Virus record (IMG/VR): IMGVR_UViG_3300021255_000122
Location: 16,228 to 80,227 of that record
Direction: 5' to 3' (one strand)
DNA length: 64,000 nucleotides
DNA from: a virus
Taxonomy: Duplodnaviria > Caudoviricetes
Positions 55,303-63,988 of this stretch are shown here, in pieces. The notes under the pieces are model-generated. The model was given only the letters and a program-made list of their open reading frames with translations. It was not told where the DNA came from and did no database searches. A program made the position numbers and the translations under genes. Position 1 is the first letter of the stretch. Each line of letters starts with the position of its first letter.

Positions 55303-56048
55303 TTAATATTCTTAATTATTTTTCCTACCGTTTCTTTATCTTTGAAAACCTTAAATGGTGTTATATCCGTTCGTTTTTCCACAATATCTTGAACCATTGC
55401 TACCGTGTAATAATTCTCTTTGTCGTTGTCCGACAATCGTTTAGCCGACATTAATGCGGAAGACTTGTCCATATCGGTACTAACGCTTTCTTGCTTGTTG
55501 GTTCTTGAATTATATTTCAATACGCACCAAGATTCGTTTTGCACATCGGTTTCAACATCTACCGCCGCATTTCTAAACGTAAGGTTCTTATCCGTGGTTT
55601 GTACACGTATTGCAATATCCGTTTCGTCTTGTATTCTTTGTTCGCCACCCAATTGCCATGATTCTGGAACTTGCGCCCATTTCATAATGTTGTGGAAAAG
55701 ACTTTCGGTTGCATCTACAACTTCGTCGCAAGACATTCCTTCTTCGTAATATGATGTCCAAAATCTAACGAAACGGTCAAAGGCTTTATCAAAACTATTC
55801 ATTTCCTTTGCTATTTCGTTTTTCCTTGCCCTTAGTTCATCTACAAGATAATCCATTTCGCCGTAGATACGATAAGCCGCAAGTACGCTTGAATGGCACA
55901 CGGAAAGCAAATGCCCCATACGTTGAAAGACTCCGAGTTCCTTTGCTTTTTCAAAGTCCAATCCGCGAACACCCGTTGTTTGAATTTTCTTTTGAATATC
56001 GTTGGCGATTTCTACACCGCCAACGACTTCTAACGCTTGATATTCCAT
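55299..56048 (-). CDS. Hypothetical protein
   Basis: Clean 249-aa ORF. Confidence 0.8.
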   Translation of the reverse strand: MEYQALEVVGGVEIANDIQKKIQTTGVRGLDFEKAKELGVFQRMGHLLSVCHSSVLAAYRIYGEMDYLVDELRARKNEIAKEMNSFDKAFDRFVRFWTSYYEEGMSCDEVVDATESLFHNIMKWAQVPESWQLGGEQRIQDETDIAIRVQTTDKNLTFRNAAVDVETDVQNESWCVLKYNSRTNKQESVSTDMDKSSALMSAKRLSDNDKENYYTVAMVQDIVEKRTDITPFKVFKDKETVGKIIKNIK

Positions 56049-56051
56049 TTA

Positions 56052-56309
56052 CTAATCGTTTGTGTTTTGTGTAGGGGTAGGGCTATTGCGCACAATGTAA
56101 TGTATTCGGATTTTGCAAACCACCTCTATTGGCGTTTCTTGAAACATAGCCATAGGGCATACAAGATGTCCGTTGTACGTTAGCCACAACTCTCGATTAT
56201 ACTCTTTTACTTGAATCAAATTCTCTGCATCTTCTTTTACTTGCAAAGATTTGTATTCATTTTCCCTTTGTTTTTGGCGGTCAAACCATTTTCTAAAAAA
56301 ATCAAACAT
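56052..56309 (-). CDS. Hypothetical protein
   Basis: Clean ORF. Confidence 0.65.
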   Translation of the reverse strand: MFDFFRKWFDRQKQRENEYKSLQVKEDAENLIQVKEYNRELWLTYNGHLVCPMAMFQETPIEVVCKIRIHYIVRNSPTPTQNTND

Positions 56310-56327
56310 AACGATATAAATTAAATA

Positions 56328-56540
56328 TTAAACAAGTAAATTCTTAAACACGCCACCTTTGTTGACAAAGGATAGTATGGGAACTTTATAGTATTCCACA
56401 CCGCGATACTTGAAAGGTTTTACGTATTCTGTAAGGAAACTACTTGCAAATTGCGCATCTACAAGTACAAGATGTTTCGGCATACGTAGTTCCCTTTCAA
56501 GTGCGCTATGTGAATGTAGGTAAGTTAATCCGTGACTCAT
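56328..56540 (-). CDS. Hypothetical protein
   Basis: ATG at 56540 just after the RecT stop. Confidence 0.55.
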   Translation of the reverse strand: MSHGLTYLHSHSALERELRMPKHLVLVDAQFASSFLTEYVKPFKYRGVEYYKVPILSFVNKGGVFKNLLV

Positions 56541-56547
56541 AAATCGT

Positions 56548-57387
56548 TTATTCCTTTTCTTCATTGGTTTCGAAATTCGCAAACTTTTCGGCTACCTCTT
56601 GTGCTTTTTGTGCATCATAAATCGCTTGTTCGCTTTCGTTGTCTATGTAGTCGAACTTGTTTTCTTCACGCATAACCGATTGGTCTGCCAAAATAGCATC
56701 TTGTAATTCAGTACTTAACACACCGTTCTTACTAAGATTAAGTTTAATAACCGTCTTTCGCGCCATTCCATCAAAATCCGTACTCCACTTGCTTTGTTCT
56801 TTTATATACGGTGTGGTTGAACGATAGGTTTGTGAATAACGCAAAGCATGTTGGTTCATTTCCTCTTTGCTCATGTAGAACGTGCTTTCAAAGCCGTTTA
56901 GCAACTTGAAATAGTTCACGTAACCTATAATTGGCGTTTCAAGTCTTTTTGCTTCGTCTTCAATCCAATTCCATTCAATTTCTCCAGTCAATCGGTTGCG
57001 CTTACCAAGTTCACCTTCACGTACATCGGTTGTGTTTATGTGCTTGTATTGACCCGTGCGCAATGCAAGTTGTTGGAAACCCTTGTAGCCAAGTTGGAAT
57101 TGTGCTTCGGTTACGCCGCGTTTTTTGTTCTTGAAGGGGATTACGTGTGCCATTCCAAGCGAAGGTTCAATAGGCAGATTTAATGCCGTAGCCTTCAAAG
57201 CCGCAAACATCAATGTGTAAGGTTCACATTCTTGCAAGTTGGCGTTGTTGGCGACAAGTGCCGTAAGATTGCTTACAAATTGCCCTTTGCGTTCATGCAA
57301 CAAGTCCGTAAGGTACTTTTGTGTTGCAGGACTTGTAATCGTTTGGTTGAACGATTTTAAATTGTAGATTTGAATTTCGTTTGCCAT
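56548..57387 (-). CDS. recT: RecT-family single-strand annealing recombinase
   Basis: ALKATALNL, AQFQLGYKGFQQLALRTG, FDGMARKTVIK. Confidence 0.9.
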   Translation of the reverse strand: MANEIQIYNLKSFNQTITSPATQKYLTDLLHERKGQFVSNLTALVANNANLQECEPYTLMFAALKATALNLPIEPSLGMAHVIPFKNKKRGVTEAQFQLGYKGFQQLALRTGQYKHINTTDVREGELGKRNRLTGEIEWNWIEDEAKRLETPIIGYVNYFKLLNGFESTFYMSKEEMNQHALRYSQTYRSTTPYIKEQSKWSTDFDGMARKTVIKLNLSKNGVLSTELQDAILADQSVMREENKFDYIDNESEQAIYDAQKAQEVAEKFANFETNEEKE

Positions 57388-57401
57388 AATATTATAAAGT
57401 T

Positions 57402-58385
57402 TTAATCGTTATTGTTTTTTGTTTTAATCGTAACATAGCCACTACGCTTTGTTGTCTTGGTATATTTCGCAAGAACTTTCTTGGCCTTACGTGGGTGTTC
57501 TTTCTTTAAATCTTCCACATACTTTTTAGAATCGAAAGATTTCGTTTCCGTTGGGTCTACACGGGTAATCGCAAATATTTCATTTTTAAGCGATTTGATG
57601 TTTTTGTCAACCATGAACGTGTACAAGCGTTTCTTAAATTCATCAACAATCTTTTCACGTTCTTTGATTTCCGTTAGAATGTTTGACACTACATCAAATT
57701 CTTTCTTTACCTTTTCGGGTAACAAGTTCGCGTCTATTTCGTCTCCATCGTAGTATTCCGTGAAGTTAGCAAGGAAATTTGAAACAATGGCTACGGCACT
57801 ACACATATCAAATACTTGCGCACCAAACTTGATTGGGCGTATGGTAATCTTTTCGGGTTCAAACACCCATTCGTTATCCATATCAACGTCCGATGTGTCG
57901 TAGTGTACAAGCACCACTTTCGTTTTGTAGTTCCCAAGTTTCTTTGCAAATTCCTTTCCCAACAAATAATGGTGGTAAAGTTGCGTCTTATATGTGTCGC
58001 GCACTTGTTCGGTTGTAAACTTGCTCGCCTTGCATTCGTACAAGTAAAGAACTTTCTTTTCATCGTCTTGCAACAAGAAATCAACGTGGTCGATAATCTT
58101 GACTTCTTTTGTTGAATACACATCGCTAACCAAACACGGGTTTGATTGGTATCTTTCATCTTGTGCGTGTAGATGTTCAAAGATACTCTGCTCAATAAAG
58201 TTGCCGTATTCCATAACCTTTGTCGTGATGTTTTCGGGCTCAATCAATCCCTTGCAAATAGCAAGCCGTTTATAAGCACTACGTGGTACGCTACCCAACG
58301 TTGCTACTTGCGCAAGCAACTTACTATCGCTACCACCCAAGCAACCTTTTCTTGTCGCAACAATGTCTTCTTTGTAATCTTCCAT
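57402..58385 (-). CDS. YqaJ/lambda-exonuclease-like recombination nuclease
   Basis: RKGCLGGSDS, MEYGNFIE, YECKAS, YKTQLYHH; adjacent to recT. Confidence 0.8.
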   Translation of the reverse strand: MEDYKEDIVATRKGCLGGSDSKLLAQVATLGSVPRSAYKRLAICKGLIEPENITTKVMEYGNFIEQSIFEHLHAQDERYQSNPCLVSDVYSTKEVKIIDHVDFLLQDDEKKVLYLYECKASKFTTEQVRDTYKTQLYHHYLLGKEFAKKLGNYKTKVVLVHYDTSDVDMDNEWVFEPEKITIRPIKFGAQVFDMCSAVAIVSNFLANFTEYYDGDEIDANLLPEKVKKEFDVVSNILTEIKEREKIVDEFKKRLYTFMVDKNIKSLKNEIFAITRVDPTETKSFDSKKYVEDLKKEHPRKAKKVLAKYTKTTKRSGYVTIKTKNNND

Positions 58386-58410
58386 AATAATAAAAATAAA
58401 AAAATGATAA

Positions 58411-58731
58411 TTATAATTTTACGTTTTCTAAATCTTGAAACCATATTTCCATACCGATAGCCATCGCAACGGTAAGTTCCGTGTGACATCCTGCACTACG
58501 GTTAAATCCGCTCATAAACAACACAATGTCACAATCAAGCATTGCCTTTATGTCGGCTTTCATGTGTTCATGTGTAGATGCTTCGCGTGGCAAACCGTTA
58601 TCAAGCGGATTAAACACATCGTAGCCTTTTTCGTGTAAGTTTAATTCCATTTTCAATGCGGTTTGTATTCTTTCGGTCAAATCATAACCGCTAATAGGCA
58701 GGGATAAATAGACCTTCTTTTTTTTCTTCAT
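58411..58731 (-). CDS. DUF4406 / nucleoside 2-deoxyribosyltransferase-like protein
   Basis: VYLSLPISG, VFNP, MLDCD, SAGCHTE. Confidence 0.8.
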   Translation of the reverse strand: MKKKKKVYLSLPISGYDLTERIQTALKMELNLHEKGYDVFNPLDNGLPREASTHEHMKADIKAMLDCDIVLFMSGFNRSAGCHTELTVAMAIGMEIWFQDLENVKL

Positions 58732-58736
58732 TTTTT

Positions 58737-59102
58737 TTATTGTTTTGTTTGTTCAACCTCTATCTTTCTAACCACAACACTAAGTTGAATAATGTTGTTT
58801 CCTTTTATTTCCGTCTTTCGGCTTGATAGCCACCCAAACAATTTTACACGTTGGCCACGGTGAAAGTTTACCGAACGTAGGTAATCTACGTGCTTAAACG
58901 TTCTATTGTTGAATACGACGATACGAATGTAGTTTGCCGACCTTGAACTTTCGTTTTCGTTGTCACCGTATCTTTTATCGTATGGCACAACACGCAAAGA
59001 AAACGTGCAATATTCCTTTCCGTTTATGGCACGTCCAAACTTAACATCATCACCTGCGATTCCCGATAGCGTTACTTCGTTTACGTCTTTTTGCTTTTCC
59101 AT
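58737..59102 (-). CDS. ssb: Single-stranded DNA-binding protein
   Basis: VNEVTLSGIAGDD...IRIVVF...GQRVKLFGWL. Confidence 0.75.
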   Translation of the reverse strand: MEKQKDVNEVTLSGIAGDDVKFGRAINGKEYCTFSLRVVPYDKRYGDNENESSRSANYIRIVVFNNRTFKHVDYLRSVNFHRGQRVKLFGWLSSRKTEIKGNNIIQLSVVVRKIEVEQTKQ

Positions 59103-59104
59103 AG

Positions 59105-59179
59105 TGAACGGGGAGGGAATCGAACCCCCGATTAACGCCTTTAGGTAAGCGTTGCTTCAGTCCACCGAAGTTCCCGTCC
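59105..59179 (-). tRNA. tRNA-like element with an atypical 10-nt anticodon loop (TTACCTAAAG); identity undetermined
   Basis: GGACGGG/CCCGTTC acceptor, CTTC/GAAG D-stem, AACGC/GCGTT anticodon stem, GGGGG-TTCGATT-CCCTC T-arm. Confidence 0.7.
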
Positions 59180-59512
59180 GTGCGCCCACCGCTGTGGGCT
59201 GATGAATTTTAATTGGTTTATGGAATTAGATACCCTCACGGGCTTATATTTAAAAGTGGCGAAAATATCGGGAAACCCTTGCGCAAGAAAGTGTCATGTG
59301 GATTATCAATACGCCAATGCCATGCTCGTTGCAATCTAAGCTGGGGAGTGGTGTCCCACAAATCTTCACAATTTCCAAAACATTTTGCGCCACTATTGTT
59401 CAAGTTTTCAAAGAAATTGGTTCTACTTTCACAAGCAAAACCAACCAAGAGACATTTTCAGAATGAAAAAATAATAAAAACCTTTCAAATGGTCAAACAT
59501 GATATTCACTTG

Positions 59513-59520
59513 CAAAATTA
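59513..59520 (-). promoter_or_regulatory. -7 element (TAATTTTG)
   Basis: TTTG 20 nt upstream. Confidence 0.65.
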
Positions 59521-59571
59521 TCAATTTGTTTTCAATATTCCAAACGTATTAACATATTTAACACAAACTTT

Positions 59572-59790
59572 TTAAGTTTCGTTTATTACTATAACGATGT
59601 CGTGTGTGCTACGTTCTAAACCTTGAGCGTTTTGCCAAATGCTAACAACGTGTGAAACACATTCAACCGTTCCTTGCATGTACGCACCATCCTCGTTTAT
59701 AATCTTTAGAAAATCCCCTTTAGATACATTATTGGTGTTATTCTTTGTGGTGATTTCCTTTGTTCCATCCGTATTTTTAAAGTAAGTCAT
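59572..59790 (-). CDS. Hypothetical protein
   Basis: Clean ORF. Confidence 0.65.
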   Translation of the reverse strand: MTYFKNTDGTKEITTKNNTNNVSKGDFLKIINEDGAYMQGTVECVSHVVSIWQNAQGLERSTHDIVIVINET

Positions 59791-59794
59791 AATC

Positions 59795-59944
59795 TTATTC
59801 TTTTAGTTTTCCGTTACACCATAGTTTCCTAATATTAAGTTCGTATCTATCGTAAATATCGCAAAAGTGAAAGCCGTTATCGTTGGTTTCCGAACTTGGT
59901 ATAAACACCCAATGCTTACAACCGCTACAAAATGATTTTGCCAT
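59795..59944 (-). CDS. Small Cys-containing protein, 49 aa (below track cutoff)
   Basis: MAKSFCSGCKHW...KLKE*; fills the gap exactly. Confidence 0.55.
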   Translation of the reverse strand: MAKSFCSGCKHWVFIPSSETNDNGFHFCDIYDRYELNIRKLWCNGKLKE

Positions 59945-59947
59945 AAC

Positions 59948-60259
59948 CTAATCTTCTATTACGTTTTCCTTAAATGCCTTAATGATATTGTGGTTTTCAC
60001 AATACTTAGGCCAACTATTAGCAAGCCATTGTTCGGTGGCTTGGATTACATCAGCCCTACCTTTCTCATATTCTGTACGAAGGGCTTCATTTGCATCTTT
60101 CACTTCAAGGGTGTTGAGGAAAGAAAGAATACTCTTATATCCTTTTATAACGCCCTCAACTCTTTTCATTACTTCAGAATCACCTGTACCATTTTCAAGA
60201 AGAGATAATCTTCTTTCTATCTCCGCTACTAAAGAGGCTTTGTTAATATACTGTTCCAT
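59948..60259 (-). CDS. Hypothetical protein (C-terminus homologous to 63782-63988)
   Basis: EALRTEYEKGRADVI...W..WPKYC. Confidence 0.75.
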   Translation of the reverse strand: MEQYINKASLVAEIERRLSLLENGTGDSEVMKRVEGVIKGYKSILSFLNTLEVKDANEALRTEYEKGRADVIQATEQWLANSWPKYCENHNIIKAFKENVIED

Positions 60260-60264
60260 ATTTT

Positions 60265-60399
60265 TTACGTTGATTTACTTATTGAATCAAATTTAAACCT
60301 ATCACAAACCTCTACCTTGAATCTTTCTTCACAATCAGCCCATCTGTACTTGCAGTTGTAACAGCATCTTTCATATCTTCTTTTACCTTTCTTTGCCAT
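60265..60399 (-). CDS. Small Cys-rich protein
   Basis: CCYNCKY; ATG at 60399. Confidence 0.55.
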   Translation of the reverse strand: MAKKGKRRYERCCYNCKYRWADCEERFKVEVCDRFKFDSISKST

Positions 60400-60400
60400 A

Positions 60401-60808
60401 TCAACCCTCCATATGCTTTTTAAAATCTTCAACAAAGTTGTCAATAACTTCTTCACGATGTAATCTGCCTTGAAACATAAGGTTATCATACATTAACTTC
60501 TTTAGCTTCGCACAAGCCTTCTTAATAAAGTCATTCTTCTTCCATTTGTTATATTCAGCAAGATGTTTATTTAACTCATCCCAATGGAGTAGTTCTCCAT
60601 TCAGAGTAATCGGATAACCTTTCTCTTCATAAAGATATTTAACAAGAGCATCTTTGCGAATGTATTCAACATCTGTTTTCCAAATTTTCTGTTCATTGGG
60701 CACAACAAGTTCGCTATATTCGCATAACTCTTTATAGTCTTCCTTTTCAAATCTCTCTTCGGACATTTCGCCGAAACTAAGATAGATTTTATCTGGCAAA
60801 TTCTTCAT
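60401..60808 (-). CDS. Hypothetical protein
   Basis: MKNLPDKIYL...DVEYIRKD...FIKKAC. Confidence 0.75.
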   Translation of the reverse strand: MKNLPDKIYLSFGEMSEERFEKEDYKELCEYSELVVPNEQKIWKTDVEYIRKDALVKYLYEEKGYPITLNGELLHWDELNKHLAEYNKWKKNDFIKKACAKLKKLMYDNLMFQGRLHREEVIDNFVEDFKKHMEG

Positions 60809-60811
60809 AAC

Positions 60812-61249
60812 TTATAAAATTATCTCTTTTTTAATTCTGCATAGTTTTAAAGCTTGTTGAAGTTGGTGAACATACATACAAGGCAAATGCTCGGCAAAAG
60901 CATATTCTGAATCAATATAAACCCACGGTTCTTTGTACGATGTCCTATTCCCTTGTGGGAATGCAAAACCAACCTTTAGTTTTCCCTTCTCTTCATATTC
61001 GTAATACGGATATGGATAAACATGACTGTTGGAAACAAACCCATTCTTTTCAAGTATCTCTTGTGTGATAGGAATAGGCTTTATTTCATTTATCTCAACA
61101 ATAAGTCCGACACCTTTTGGCTTTCCAACACATACGGCTGGATAGTCTTCACCATCCCTATTTTCTCCAAATATTCCTAATTGTCTAATTTGATGGGGTT
61201 CTCCTTCATGTAAAATCCAGTTCCCAATCATTAAATCTTTTGTTTCCAT
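60812..61249 (-). CDS. Hypothetical Bacteroidota phage protein
   Basis: DLMIGNW...PIPITQEILEKNGF...YVHQLQQAL. Confidence 0.8.
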   Translation of the reverse strand: METKDLMIGNWILHEGEPHQIRQLGIFGENRDGEDYPAVCVGKPKGVGLIVEINEIKPIPITQEILEKNGFVSNSHVYPYPYYEYEEKGKLKVGFAFPQGNRTSYKEPWVYIDSEYAFAEHLPCMYVHQLQQALKLCRIKKEIIL

Positions 61250-61253
61250 AACT

Positions 61254-62153
61254 TTATTCTCCTCTTAGTTTCTTTAATTGGTCTTGTAATGTCCTAAGGT
61301 TAAATGCGCACTCCTCACCACAATTCTTTGCAAGGCTTAAAGCCCAAGCAAGTGCTTCCATCTGCTCATCACTCGGCTTCCAGTGGTTCTGAGGTTTGAG
61401 GGCTTTGAGTTTATTGATAATCCAGACATTCTCCTTGTTCGTTAGAAGATTACAAACTTCCACTTTATGAAGGAATGAATTGAGCATCTTTTCATCCTCT
61501 TTACTCCAAGGCTTCTGCTCTGAAAACGCAGCAGGCTTAGTAGGATATGGAGAACCATTTTCTTTTATGGCATAAACACTAATTATTTCACAATTCTCTG
61601 CCTTAACATAATCAATATGATTTGGCTCATCTTCTATCCCATAGAATGTTACACCAGCAATTTCTTTTGTTTCAAACACATTATACTCACTACCAGCATA
61701 CTTGACCTTAAACTTCGATTCAACCTTATCAGCAGGTTTATTCTCACTTTGTTTCTTTATCAGATGTTCTACAGTAGCGCCAACCCTTGCAGCGTATAAA
61801 TCTGCCCTTATATTACTAAAACTTTCACATTCTTGTAAGGCTTGGCGCACAACATCTGTAATTTCTAATGTAGAATAATCTTTTAATTGTTTCTGCTCAC
61901 CTTGCTTTTCAAGCCAAGCAATCCATTCTTTTGATTTTAATACCTCATCGCGATGGTTGTGTGGTACTGTTTGTTCTAAATATTTAATAATTTCTTTCCT
62001 TATCTTCTCGTCCTCTGACTCTGCGAGTTCTGGAAAAAGGTCTTCAATAGTGTGCATAATCAACACATCATTTTCCTTGTTATAAATCTGCTTTGCCTTG
62101 GCGAACAATTCGTCATAGGCTTTTGCTTTTTCTTCTGTTGATAGTTCTTTCAT
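61254..62153 (-). CDS. Modular hypothetical protein (EKQGEQK/WKPSDEQM type)
   Basis: Recurrent short modules. Confidence 0.8.
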   Translation of the reverse strand: MKELSTEEKAKAYDELFAKAKQIYNKENDVLIMHTIEDLFPELAESEDEKIRKEIIKYLEQTVPHNHRDEVLKSKEWIAWLEKQGEQKQLKDYSTLEITDVVRQALQECESFSNIRADLYAARVGATVEHLIKKQSENKPADKVESKFKVKYAGSEYNVFETKEIAGVTFYGIEDEPNHIDYVKAENCEIISVYAIKENGSPYPTKPAAFSEQKPWSKEDEKMLNSFLHKVEVCNLLTNKENVWIINKLKALKPQNHWKPSDEQMEALAWALSLAKNCGEECAFNLRTLQDQLKKLRGE

Positions 62154-62156
62154 AAT

Positions 62157-62351
62157 TCAATAAAGTTTACTAATATTTTTCAAACCTTCCACATCGAAAC
62201 CTTTACCGCAAGCAGCACAAGTAACACAAGGTGAACTACCACCATCTATATCTTTGTGCCACCATATATCGCCTTTTTCAAGTTCTAACTTAGAACCGCA
62301 ATGTGGACAGATACAAACAACTGATAATTCTTTTCTTTCTAATATCTTCAT
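62157..62351 (-). CDS. Small Zn-ribbon protein
   Basis: CPHC and CAAC. Confidence 0.7.
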   Translation of the reverse strand: MKILERKELSVVCICPHCGSKLELEKGDIWWHKDIDGGSSPCVTCAACGKGFDVEGLKNISKLY

Positions 62352-62353
62352 AA

Positions 62354-62677
62354 TTACAACATTTTAAGTTCATTGAGTTTAACAATCATTTCAACACAAG
62401 CGTCAATAGGGTTGTCCCCATAAGTTTCCAAATCATGTATTATATTTTTACAACAATATCCAGCTAATACTTGATTAGGAGTATAAATTATACTTTGGGG
62501 TAAAGCATCAAGCAATGCTGCAAGACTCCATACAGGTAATTGATGATAATCACTGTATCTTTCTTTTGGCTTTCCATTTCTTGTTACTCCATATTGGTCG
62601 TAAAACATATCTGCACTTTCAAGCGGAAGAATCTCTGCCAATTTCTTTGACTGTTCAATGTCAGTAAAAGCTTTCAT
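62354..62677 (-). CDS. Hypothetical protein
   Basis: TDIEQSKKLAEIL...DNPIDACVEMI. Confidence 0.75.
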   Translation of the reverse strand: MKAFTDIEQSKKLAEILPLESADMFYDQYGVTRNGKPKERYSDYHQLPVWSLAALLDALPQSIIYTPNQVLAGYCCKNIIHDLETYGDNPIDACVEMIVKLNELKML

Positions 62678-62683
62678 AGTCGT

Positions 62684-63055
62684 TCAAATCAAATTTTCAA
62701 GTGAATACTTCAATGCTGCTTCAATGGCTTGTTCTGGTTCTTTTCTTGGCATAGGAGCATAAGTACTTTCATATATACCTTCTTCTTCATTCCAAGTCCA
62801 AACTTCTACAAGATAGACAAGTTTTCCACTTTCTTGGACTGGAAGGATAAATAATAATATATTATGCACTTTTCTCAACCACTTCATTGCCATTTGATGG
62901 GTTGGTACAGGATAAAAGATTTGATAGGTATCTTCTATTGCACCATTTGGCATAAAATTTCCATTTTGACTATATACCATTAAGGTTTCTTGTACAAACC
63001 CTTTCTCCTTGAGCAGCTTTGCCACTTCATAAGAGCAATAATCTTCGGTAATCAT
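62684..63055 (-). CDS. Hypothetical protein
   Basis: EDYCSYEVAKLLKEKGF...PTHQMAMKWLR. Confidence 0.8.
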   Translation of the reverse strand: MITEDYCSYEVAKLLKEKGFVQETLMVYSQNGNFMPNGAIEDTYQIFYPVPTHQMAMKWLRKVHNILLFILPVQESGKLVYLVEVWTWNEEEGIYESTYAPMPRKEPEQAIEAALKYSLENLI

Positions 63056-63060
63056 ATACT

Positions 63061-63423
63061 TTATTCTTTATATGGGTTATTTTCCTCCGTTATTTCAATT
63101 GCAAGACCTTTTTCAATCAAACATCTGTAATCAAAATGATGAGAATTTAACCAGTCAAAAAGACTTGCTTGTTGCTGAACAGTATAACCTCTTGTCATAG
63201 TGTCAAAGATATGCTTTTCTACCTCAGTCATGCTTGATATTGAACGGAGATATAAACGACAATTATTTGTTACACTGGTAAACATTGAAAATGTAGCACA
63301 TGTAAGCCACTCATCACATTCAGCTCCATTGCAGGCATTTACAACGTGACCTTTTGGATGGTATGGCAACCTTGCGCAAAGGTCTTTCAAAAGCTGTTCT
63401 TTATCTTCTTGTATCATAATCAT
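63061..63423 (-). CDS. Hypothetical protein
   Basis: LLKDLCARLPY...HHFDYRCLIEKGLA. Confidence 0.8.
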   Translation of the reverse strand: MIMIQEDKEQLLKDLCARLPYHPKGHVVNACNGAECDEWLTCATFSMFTSVTNNCRLYLRSISSMTEVEKHIFDTMTRGYTVQQQASLFDWLNSHHFDYRCLIEKGLAIEITEENNPYKE

Positions 63424-63608
63424 TCGAAATAATCTTTATTGATGTAATACGTGCAGCCATCAGTAACAGGTTCTTCTGGATAGAAGAATCTGGCATACTG
63501 ATAGTCTGTGTTCTTAATCTCTTGACCAAGCCAGTATCTGTAGCATTGGTCTTTCTTTTTGCACTTGTCTTGAGAACAGTGCATGTAATCATGGAAATAT
63601 TGGGGCAT
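63420..63608 (-). CDS. Small Cys-rich protein
   Basis: HCSQDKCKKKDQCYRY. Confidence 0.7.
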   Translation of the reverse strand: MPQYFHDYMHCSQDKCKKKDQCYRYWLGQEIKNTDYQYARFFYPEEPVTDGCTYYINKDYFE

Positions 63609-63611
63609 AAC

Positions 63612-63779
63612 TTATTCCTTCATAAATAATTCTTCTCGTTCAAATTCGGTGTGCATTATCTCATATTTTCCATCACATGAGGTTAAGACATAATGGTCAT
63701 TGGCTGTGCCTTCCCACATATCTATTTCCCATAGACGGTTAGCATAAAGCACTTTGTCTCCTTTTTTAAATTTTGGCAT
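63612..63779 (-). CDS. Hypothetical protein, 55 aa (below track cutoff)
   Basis: MPKFKKGDKVLY...; fills the gap exactly. Confidence 0.6.
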   Translation of the reverse strand: MPKFKKGDKVLYANRLWEIDMWEGTANDHYVLTSCDGKYEIMHTEFEREELFMKE

Positions 63780-63781
63780 AA

Positions 63782-63988
63782 CTATTCTTTTATTGCTTCC
63801 TTAAATCCTTCGATTATAGTTTGATTACTACAGTATTTTGGCCAACAATTTTCAAGCCAACTAATAGTGTCTGCGATCACATCAGCCCTTCCTTTCTCAT
63901 ACTCTGTACGGAGGGCTTCTACCATATATTCATTCTTCATCTTTTCTGCAAGGTATTTTTGATACCAATAGTTAACTGGGTTGTCCAT
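63782..63988 (-). CDS. Hypothetical protein
   Basis: Shares its C-terminus with 59948-60259. Confidence 0.7.
   Translation of the reverse strand: MDNPVNYWYQKYLAEKMKNEYMVEALRTEYEKGRADVIADTISWLENCWPKYCSNQTIIEGFKEAIKE

Noticed and set aside
59236-59448. 70-aa minus-strand ORF upstream of the tRNA-like element
   Set aside because: TTG start without the typical A-rich context and no motifs; more plausibly non-coding leader
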